A stretch of DNA of 63,341 nt, the filler included, from Stramenopiles sp. TOSAG23-3 (Eukaryota): assembly GCA_900128585.1 (NCBI GenBank). It is 11 parts of 11 records of this genome, joined end to end, with 100 filler letters (N's around TTAATTAATTAA, not from the genome) between each part and the next. Parts side by side here need not be neighbours in the genome. Positions count along the whole stretch, not along the records: positions 47,558 to 54,215 come from LT643275.1; positions 54,316 to 60,971 come from LT643276.1; 9 more parts are not named here. One strand, given 5' to 3'. The position numbers were made by a program, and so were the translations under genes. Positions 47,458 to 55,827 of the stretch are shown piece after piece. Positions within the stretch are counted from its first letter, which is position 1; each line of letters begins with the position of its first letter. The notes beneath the pieces are model-generated. The model was not told the DNA's origin. It made no database searches and saw only the letters and a list, made by a program, of their open reading frames with translations.

Positions 47458-47924
47458 NNNNNNNNNNNNNNNNNNNNNNNNNNNNNNNNNNNNNNNNNNN
47501 NTTAATTAATTAANNNNNNNNNNNNNNNNNNNNNNNNNNNNNNNNNNNNNNNNNNNNAGAAGAAGAAGAAGAAGAAGAAGAAGAAAAAAAAGAAGAAGAA
47601 GAAGAAAGAAGAAAGAAGAAGAGAAGAAGGAAAAAAAAAAGCCAACAACGACGCAGCAAGAAAAGAGAATCTTCTTCACTACTACTACTACTGACAATGT
47701 GCACTTTTCCAGAAGGCATTGTGTTAGATACATCATACGGGATTTATCAATCAACTGTGTCTTTTTTTCTCGCTTTTAACGGTTGGTTTGTGTATAGTCA
47801 ATCTTCATCAAGTATCCGCCCGAGCAGAAAGGGCAACGAAAGCGGCTGTGTGTTCTTAGAAGTATTGAACGAACGCGATCGTCCAAGAAAAAGAACACAC
47901 GGGCAAAAAAAATCAAAACAAGAT

Positions 47925-49888
47925 ATGTATCAGTTTGAATGTTTGTATAGTAAGAAATGGTACCCTTGCACGGTCGATAAGATTGAAACAACGTACGATA
48001 CGAGCAGGGATTTAGCGATGCGGTATGTCTGCAGTGGTCCGGACGAAGGGTCTACTACTTGGTGGGATGTAATTCCAAGACAAAGGCTTCGAATAAAGAA
48101 GGGTAGCGACGCAGAATTCCCTAGACCAAAGAAGCGGAAGAGAAGACGAGACACTTTAACTTCGTATTTCAAAGGCAAAGAACGCAAAGTAGAGCCCAAG
48201 GAACCCTCGTCGGCTGTGCCTTCTTCTCCTTGCATACCCAACGATGCGCCCATTTTAGTTGTAAAAAAAACATACATTTCCAAGCTGCTAAGCGGTACAA
48301 AAACCATGGAGATCCGAGGGAGCCATTCGGAAAAATCACGGGGTACACATGTGTACCTCTCACAGTCAGGAACGGGCGCCATCCAGGGGAGAGTGACGTT
48401 CCAAGGTTCAGCTCTCATCAACGCTAAGGAATGGAAAGCAAGCTTTTCTAAACATCAAGTAGATTTGCCAGCTCTGCCGTACAAACGGACGCATGGGTGG
48501 ACATTTTCGGATCACGTGCGGTTCGATCAGCCCGTGCCGTACGTTGTCCTACGCGGTTCTGTCTGCTGGCGCAAGTTTCAGCCTCTCGTTGCTCAGAAGA
48601 AAAACAGCCCTGACGGTACGAACAACTGGAACAAGCGGAAACACGCCGGCCAGCAGAATTCACGTCCGAAGAGAACGAAGTCGTCGTCTACAGCAGTGCG
48701 AAAGAAGAATAGTGTTGAAACCGATGAGCCAACAAAGGAAAACATAGAAAAACTGAACGAATTGTGCGCTGTACACCGTGTTGCAACCGCTCAATGCGCA
48801 TGGAACGATGTTCGCCAGAAACGTTTGAACAAGTGGTACGCGGCCATTCGCGAGCTCTCTGGGGACTTTCTCCCTATTTTGCGTTCGCAATTGAGGAGAA
48901 ATGCGGAAGCTTTTCCTGTCTGGACAAAGAACTGGACAGAGGAAGCAATTGAAAAGCTTGATGGTGGGCTCAAAAAATTTAACTTGAAGGGCAAGTCGCA
49001 AAGGTCCGAAAACGATTGGGAACGAATCGCATCCTTCGTCTCCGAGGTGACACGCGAGCCAGTGGGTACAACCGAAGTCCAGGCAAAGCGGATGGAGCGA
49101 AAGGAGCGGCGAAAGAAGGACAACGACGCGGTAGGTGCGTTTGTTGCAGAGGCGTTCTCTGCTGTAAAGGCCAACCATGACCTGCTCCCGGCCATTGGGT
49201 TTCACTTCTTCAAAGACATCGTAGCGAACGAGTCGGACGAATTAAAACTGGTACAAAATTGTGCCCCAGTCGGGGAGAACGGAAGGCTTGGGGAGGGAGG
49301 GTGGGCAAACACCCAAGGGGGGCAGAATCGGGAAGTTTACACATGTGGTATTGTGCTGAAGGATCGAGAATCGCTCATTCCCTTCCAAAGCCAATCCCTT
49401 TGCCGAAAACGAGTTCAACCCTCTTCAACAAGAATATCCGGCCAAAGCTGAAAACGCTGGGCTTCTCCGCAGAGGACACGGAGATGGACTTTTTGTACAC
49501 AAATCGGTACAAAAGCGAGAAACACAGTTTCATACGCTTTCACCATGACCACCTTACTCTAATGGGACGGGTTATTGTCGGGGTCAGCCTCAAGGCCGAC
49601 GCGACGCTGAGCCTTGTGCGAACTTGCAACAAAAAAAGCAATTGCCCCGGGAATGACAAAGATGGAAAGATCGAGATTAAACTTCCCCGTCGAAGCATGT
49701 ATGTGATGAGCGGCTTATCGCGCTACGCTCTGAAGCACGGGGTCATCGATGCTTCGCACAATGGGGACCGTGTGTCGTTGACGTTTCGGAAGTGCGTCAG
49801 GCTGGAAAAGAACCGAAAACAATGGGAGGAGAAACCGCCCCCTACAAATAAAAAATTGCACTTCCCCATTGGGTACAAGAATTCTTAA
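47925..49888 (+). CDS. Tudor-like + ASCH + Myb/SANT-like + AlkB-family 2OG-Fe(II) dioxygenase; frameshift near 49350-49390
   Basis: KWYPCTV, GTKTMEIR (ASCH GxKxxExR), WTEE...WERIA; second frame has NRY, FHHD, LPRRSMYVMSG.SRY..KHGV, RVSLTFR. Confidence 0.75.
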
Positions 49889-49942
49889 TGAAGAATGATA
49901 ATTGCGAGTGTGTATTACATTTACTTCTCGTGACAAATTACC

Positions 49943-50002
49943 TTTTCAGTTCGCAGTACATTAATTTTAATTACTTAAATAACAGCCAATTTTCTTGTTT
50001 TT
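49943..50002 (+). repeat. Dispersed non-coding module A (TTTCAGTTCGCAGTACATTAATTTTAATTACTTAAATAACAGCCAATTTTCTTGTTTT)
   Basis: Full or partial copies at 10187, 10225(rc), 10333, 10391, 16967(rc), 25187(rc), 36649(rc), 36725, 37009(rc), 54071. Confidence 0.85.
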
Positions 50003-50155
50003 AAGTGTATGCTACTGAAATTAGTTTTTTGTTTTTACTACTATACACGCACACACCTTTTGAACTTTTGAGTCAACACCCATATGACAGTAAATGGTTT
50101 AAGAATTCTTACTTTCCTTAACTCTTACGGTACGTGCGCGCACGCGGGTAAAAAT

Positions 50156-51634
50156 TTAGTGCTCCACAATTTTTAGAGAGCCAGACACTACCACATTGTT
50201 CAGCACCGAGCCAGGGGGAATGTCTACTCTGCTGCCTTCATTGGCAACGATAATCACAGTCCCTTTCAACACCACCCCCTCTCCGAAATACACGTCACCC
50301 GAGACGGTAAGATGGACCAGTTCAAGGATATCCGGGGGACCATACTCAAAATGCATACAATACGCATCTACCGATTTCAACTCTGGGCCGAACTTGACCA
50401 ACGGCACCGTGGTGGTTTCTCGAGCATCGTTCATGACCAAACTTCCATGCTTTATGCCGTAGAGGTTTGACTGTGCCAAAAACAAGTCGGATGTCATCTT
50501 CACCGGATTGAACCTTGACCGTGGGACTTCAACGGCAATGGCTGACGGAAAATGCTTTATGACTGCTCCAGCGGCCGTCTCCAGCTGCAAAACCCTCTGC
50601 CCCTTCATCATGACCTTTTTATTTACAATAACATCGCTTTGAAAGGCACCCGGAGCTATCAGTCGTTGAATACTTCTCAAGTTGACCCATAGGTTGTTTG
50701 TGTTGAAGTGCTCAAACTTTTTGAGCGACAAAAAGTCTGATAAATTCTTCTTTTCTATTTCTGCGACCTCCAGCAGGCGGAACGTGCCATCGTACTCTAC
50801 CAACGTCCCCCCCTTTACGTCAGCTCGCGTTTTCCGGGTCACTTCCATGCAAAACTCATTGTCTAGCTTCATTATATGGTACAAAATGTTTAAATCTACT
50901 GTTGCGCACAGGTTATCCACGTTGGAAATAAAGATATATTCTTTCCCTTGGTTGATCAAATTCTCCAACACCCCAGACTGGTACAGTGCAGCGTAGATAT
51001 CTCCATGGCCTCCAGGATTCCAAAGCTCTTTTTGGTCGTTTTGAAACGTTTGCTGCGGCAGCGGCTGCAGTGTTGCCTGGTCAATTCTGGGGTAGCAGCT
51101 CTGCTTGAAAGTAATTATCCGGATATTATGCGAGCTGTACTTTCGGATGTATGCCTCCGTCTCGTCGTGGGTGTTGAAAGAGTTCATTAATATGAGCGGC
51201 ACGTCAGTCCCAAACCTTATGTTCAGCGATTCAACTTGACGGACTGCCAAATCGAGAAACGTGTTTTCGTTTTTCACCTCGATTGTACTTTTCGGCCCAC
51301 GGCACCCCATGGATGTCCCCAGCCCCCCGTTTAGTTTCACGACGCATATCTTGTCAAGCAGCAAGTGGACCAGCTCCGAGTCGTCCGGGACGGCCTCCAA
51401 GTCGTTAAATTTAAGTATCTTTGACGCCGGAAGAGGCCGAACTTTTGACCAATTGATGGGGGGGCTCGACTGAAACCTAGATACCTGCCTTAGAAATCTG
51501 TCGCGATCCTTGGCGTCCATAATGTTCTTGGTTTTCAGTGAGGTGATAAGGTTGTCCACCAGGCTGGACTTTCGGTACACATTATGGTCGGAATTGTTTC
51601 GGTGAAAGGACGGGGTTTTGGTCGGGGCACTCAT
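50156..51634 (-). CDS. UGP1: UTP-glucose-1-phosphate uridylyltransferase
   Basis: KLNGGLGTSMGCRGPKS, LMNSFNT, GHGD, SNVDNL, KGGTL, FNTNNLW, LETAAG. Confidence 0.95.
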   Translation of the reverse strand: MSAPTKTPSFHRNNSDHNVYRKSSLVDNLITSLKTKNIMDAKDRDRFLRQVSRFQSSPPINWSKVRPLPASKILKFNDLEAVPDDSELVHLLLDKICVVKLNGGLGTSMGCRGPKSTIEVKNENTFLDLAVRQVESLNIRFGTDVPLILMNSFNTHDETEAYIRKYSSHNIRIITFKQSCYPRIDQATLQPLPQQTFQNDQKELWNPGGHGDIYAALYQSGVLENLINQGKEYIFISNVDNLCATVDLNILYHIMKLDNEFCMEVTRKTRADVKGGTLVEYDGTFRLLEVAEIEKKNLSDFLSLKKFEHFNTNNLWVNLRSIQRLIAPGAFQSDVIVNKKVMMKGQRVLQLETAAGAVIKHFPSAIAVEVPRSRFNPVKMTSDLFLAQSNLYGIKHGSLVMNDARETTTVPLVKFGPELKSVDAYCMHFEYGPPDILELVHLTVSGDVYFGEGVVLKGTVIIVANEGSRVDIPPGSVLNNVVVSGSLKIVEH

Positions 51635-52399
51635 ACTTAGGGACCAGGTATAGAATATTGAAATGTACCTTTATTGCGTTCAATGAATGGTATAAACTAA
51701 ATTCCTCGGCAAACTCATAAACATTCTTTTTCGTTTGAACTTACTTATACTGCATTCGTTCGCATTTATAAAAAAACAAACAAGCGATGATAGCAATCTA
51801 TAGTAGTAGAATAAAAGAAAAAAAAGAAATAATAACAACAAACCAATAATAAACCAAACCTCCACACCACCACACTTTTCTTTTTTTTTTCTTGCTTTTT
51901 TCTTCTTCCCAATAATAAATTTTTTCTTCTTCTTCTTTTTTTTTTCTTTCTAAAAAAAACTTTTTTTCGTAAATTGAGGATATGTGTATTATTATATACC
52001 TGGTATTCCTTAACGAACGTACAATATCAGAAAGATTACAAAAAAAATAAGGTACTACGGTACCAGGTTCGTACCGATTACCGTACCGGTGTCACCCGTT
52101 CTTCCGTACCGTACCGGGTAGTAGCCACCGTAGTAAAAAAAGATGATTTGGTGGTAGGGGGGAGGTGTGTGTGGATGGTGGATCGATGGAGAGAGAGATA
52201 AATGTTAATAAAATACGATCCAGATGATAAATACCGGAGGTCTTCCGGAGTTTTCTTTTCTTCTCTTTTAGTTGTCACTATCAAACAAATCGTGTGGCAG
52301 GGCCTGAGTTTTTGTTTACATTAAGCAAAGGCATTCAATAACGCGCAAAACATAAACAGAACAACAAACTTCTTACCAGACCCGTGCGGTACAGGCAAC

Positions 52400-53932
52400 A
52401 TGTCGGAAAGTTTGCTAGTGGAGCAGCTTTCAAGGAACACTCAGTTTTTTGGGGACAAGGGTCAAAATTTGATACAGAATTCGTTCGTTATAGTGGTTGG
52501 CCTCGGCGGGGTTGGATCACATGTGGCGCACATGCTTGCTCGAGCAGGGGTTCGTCGTTTGCGGTTGATTGACTTCGACAACGTAACGTTATCCTCCCTA
52601 AACAGGCACGCTGTGGCGACACGGGCCGACGTCGGCACCCCGAAGGTGCAAGCTTGCAAGCGCCATTTTGAGGAGATTATACCAAAGGAATACTGCACCA
52701 TTGAAGCGGTTAACTCCATGTTTACGGGCGAAGCCGCCGACCAGCTGCTGTCAGGAGACCCCGATTTTGTGGTAGACGCAATCGACGACACAAACACGAA
52801 AAGCGACCTCATAAAAGCCTGCAAGGACGCCGGGGTCAAGTTCATCGTCTCGATGGGGGCAGGCGCAAAATCCGACCCAACCCGCATCCATATCTCTGAC
52901 ATATCGGACGCCTTGGCCGACCCATTGGCGGTCAAAGTGCGCTCCTTGCTGAAAGCTAGGGGGGTGGAGATGGCAAAGCACACATCCATACACGACGCGC
53001 TTAAAAATGGCGTCCCGTGCGTGTACTCATCGGAAAAGTCAACGCGAAAACTGCTTGATCTGACGCCCGAGCAGAAAGCTCGGGGTGCTGGAGAGTTTGG
53101 CGCCGTTGACAATTTTCGTGTTCGAATAATGCCCGTTCTTGGTACCGTTCCAGCCGCCTTCGGGATGACGATGGCATCTTATGTCCTTTGTCAGCTGGCA
53201 AAACAGCCGTTTCTCCCTTCTGCAATGAGCCCGGTAACAAAGAACGTGGCACATTCGCATTTGCAACGGCACAAGAAACGAGAGGTGGCCGAATTCAATT
53301 CGCGGAATTGCAAAATCGACGAAAAGGAGTGTGGATTTTTGATCGGTGAAGTGTGGAGGCAGAAATGTGCGTACTCGGGGGCTCGGTTGGGTCATATCAA
53401 CCCTGTGAAAGTACGGATTGGGGTTGTTAATCAGAACAAAACGTGTGATGTGGAGTATTTGGATGGTACCGGTAAAAGGAAACGTGGCGTCCCTTTCTCG
53501 CAACTGCTCGACGGGAACAAGTGTGTTGGGGACAAGGTTAAGGTCGGTGACCATGTTCTTGCAGTTTGCAAAGGCACAAGGTTTACCATAACCCGATGGG
53601 ACCGTTCGAAACCACCAACGTTAAGCAACCTGTTGTTTTTGACCGAAGAGATGGCAACCATGCACGAACAAGAAACCAAACTTACGGGCTCTACACCTCG
53701 AATGGATCATGGGGAAGGACAGAGCATGGTCCATGACACGAGGACTTTGGCATGGATCAGTAGGACTCTAGAAACTCTTGTACTGGACGAAAATGCGAAC
53801 TCCGCGCAGAATCCCGTTTCCAGTAGCGGTGGGCTTGAAAGTTCTGCGTCCAATCTTATCTCGTTTGGATTGTTTGGTGCCGGAGTACTGGTAGGAATGT
53901 TCGCCGGATCTATGTTAGCAAAATCCCGTTGA
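52400..53932 (+). CDS. tRNA threonylcarbamoyladenosine dehydratase (TcdA/TCD1, ThiF family) with C-terminal TM
   Basis: VGLGGVGSH, IDFDNVTLSSLNRHA, VVDAID, GAGAKSDPTR, DPLA, VYSSEK, FRVRIMPVLG. Confidence 0.9.
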   Translation: MSESLLVEQLSRNTQFFGDKGQNLIQNSFVIVVGLGGVGSHVAHMLARAGVRRLRLIDFDNVTLSSLNRHAVATRADVGTPKVQACKRHFEEIIPKEYCTIEAVNSMFTGEAADQLLSGDPDFVVDAIDDTNTKSDLIKACKDAGVKFIVSMGAGAKSDPTRIHISDISDALADPLAVKVRSLLKARGVEMAKHTSIHDALKNGVPCVYSSEKSTRKLLDLTPEQKARGAGEFGAVDNFRVRIMPVLGTVPAAFGMTMASYVLCQLAKQPFLPSAMSPVTKNVAHSHLQRHKKREVAEFNSRNCKIDEKECGFLIGEVWRQKCAYSGARLGHINPVKVRIGVVNQNKTCDVEYLDGTGKRKRGVPFSQLLDGNKCVGDKVKVGDHVLAVCKGTRFTITRWDRSKPPTLSNLLFLTEEMATMHEQETKLTGSTPRMDHGEGQSMVHDTRTLAWISRTLETLVLDENANSAQNPVSSSGGLESSASNLISFGLFGAGVLVGMFAGSMLAKSR

Positions 53933-54315
53933 CCGCGTATAAAAACTAGTCATGAAAACAAAATTTCAAGAGGTAGTCATACAAGTTTTTAACAATCAGA
54001 TAAAAGTGCAAATTTATTCTCGTTAAAGATATCTCTTTAACTCCTTTGATGAAAAACAAATTATATCAAAAGTACATTAATTTTAATTACTTCATTAACA
54101 GCCAATTTTCTTGTTTTTTGTTGTTAGTAGTTATGATAACATATGTTACGAAGAAGTTCTTCTGGTAATATATACTACCGGTACCGCAACAACAGTCAAG
54201 CGCAGGCAAAAAGGTNNNNNNNNNNNNNNNNNNNNNNNNNNNNNNNNNNNNNNNNNNNNTTAATTAATTAANNNNNNNNNNNNNNNNNNNNNNNNNNNNN
54301 NNNNNNNNNNNNNNN

Positions 54316-54394
54316 GAGTCTTTAAGAGTAAGTACGTTTCTTTAGCGTAAGATTATATCTGACAAGCTACCTTATTCTATTCTAGTTTTCTACA
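54316..54394 (+). repeat. 3' end of 5' LTR
   Basis: Ends ...CTACA (inverse of TGTAG), followed by T-TGG. Confidence 0.75.
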
Positions 54395-54395
54395 T

Positions 54396-54408
54396 TGGGG
54401 TCCACACC
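54396..54408 (+). promoter_or_regulatory. Putative primer-binding site TGGGGTCCACACC
   Basis: TGG one base after the LTR end; cognate tRNA not identified. Confidence 0.5.
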
Positions 54409-54447
54409 AAAACAACAACAACAACAACAACAACAACGACGACGACG

Positions 54448-55827
54448 ATGAGCTCAACCAGTCAACCAACCGCGACACCGGTAAACCCACCACGTCAACT
54501 GCTTACACCTAACGGTCCAGGAAACACACAGGGCCAGACAAATGTGCCTAAGGTGGATAACTTCGACAAGAACATCCAAACCAGGCAACGGAATTTGCAC
54601 ACAGTACTGACCGAGTACAATGATAATCTGGATTCATACCAGTTTGTCACAGAGCTGATCACACACTGTCGGAACAGTGGCCTCGATCAACACAAGGGCC
54701 TAATAATATCGGCGATTATGAAAAAATGTCCAATTGGGACGCGTATGGGAAAACATGTGCGCGCTAGTCTCAAAGACACTGAACATGACCTAAAATCATC
54801 GCAGACGAATACGGGAGTGGCACCAGCCACGACGCTGTCATGGAATGATAACCAAGTGGCGGCAGTATACCTGAAGAATCTGTATGCCAGCCTACGAGAG
54901 GTGGCAGAAGAAGACAAAGAAACGCTGGCTGATTTAAAACAGAGATGGCGGGCATTGAAGATGATCGAAGCCGAGTCTATCTATGAATACTTTCGGCGAG
55001 CAGAGGAACTCAATATGCTTCTGCGAGAGAAAGCAGTCCGCTATGAGCCACAGGATGTGGCTGGGGATATACTGGAAGGCCTACGGCAGCGGTGCGATGC
55101 GGCCGACCCCATGTTCTACACAACACTGGCACTGACAGACTACGCAGCGCCGACGAATCTCTTAGCAAACGCAAAAAAGATACACAGGAGCATGCCAAAG
55201 GCATTTGCAGAAAAGATTCCACTGCGGGCATCCGATCGCATTGCCGCAGAGGAGAAAGTCAGATTCTCCAACGCTGAGAGGGAGGGCTCAGTGCAACAAG
55301 GGGCTGGCCCCCCAGAGGACGTCACATCAGATTCGGTGCGGGCAGCGACATCGCCTCCACCAGGAGCAGGAGAGGACATCACGTTCCGGGCAGAGGATTT
55401 TTTGAAACCATGCCACCAATGCGTCAAAAATGGTAGACCTGCGGACCGACACTCATGGGCATTCTGCCGAGACAATCCCCGAAACATTCACTCCCTGTCC
55501 GGTGGGGGACCGAAGAGGGACAGGTCTGGTAACGACGAGACGTCGAAGGGATGGAAGCGGCAGAATACGGGAAACCGCGATAAGAAAGACGTTAAATGCT
55601 ACAATTGTAATGGTATGGGGCACTTTGCTCGTGACTGCCCGGAAAAGAAGAAAACTCCAGCCCGAGCTGCGCTGTTACAGGAACTACGAGAGGAGTTGCG
55701 AGCGACAGAAGCCCGAAAGACGGAGGAGAGAAAGACACGACAGGCGGAGATGGCGGAGGTGTTTCGGGTGTGCATGCAACAGAGTGCAAACGCACCAACT
55801 CCGTCGTCGCCAGCACGAGGCTGGTGA
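54448..55827 (+). CDS. gag: Gag
   Basis: Capsid-like ESIYEYFRRAEEL; zinc knuckle CYNCNGMGHFARDC and a second CHQC..H..C. Confidence 0.88.
   Translation: MSSTSQPTATPVNPPRQLLTPNGPGNTQGQTNVPKVDNFDKNIQTRQRNLHTVLTEYNDNLDSYQFVTELITHCRNSGLDQHKGLIISAIMKKCPIGTRMGKHVRASLKDTEHDLKSSQTNTGVAPATTLSWNDNQVAAVYLKNLYASLREVAEEDKETLADLKQRWRALKMIEAESIYEYFRRAEELNMLLREKAVRYEPQDVAGDILEGLRQRCDAADPMFYTTLALTDYAAPTNLLANAKKIHRSMPKAFAEKIPLRASDRIAAEEKVRFSNAEREGSVQQGAGPPEDVTSDSVRAATSPPPGAGEDITFRAEDFLKPCHQCVKNGRPADRHSWAFCRDNPRNIHSLSGGGPKRDRSGNDETSKGWKRQNTGNRDKKDVKCYNCNGMGHFARDCPEKKKTPARAALLQELREELRATEARKTEERKTRQAEMAEVFRVCMQQSANAPTPSSPARGW

Noticed and set aside
55825-55827. Genome-wide UGA reassignment or selenocysteine
   Set aside because: UGA ends conserved host genes here (e.g. 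MLH1 after FERC) and no SECIS was recognised
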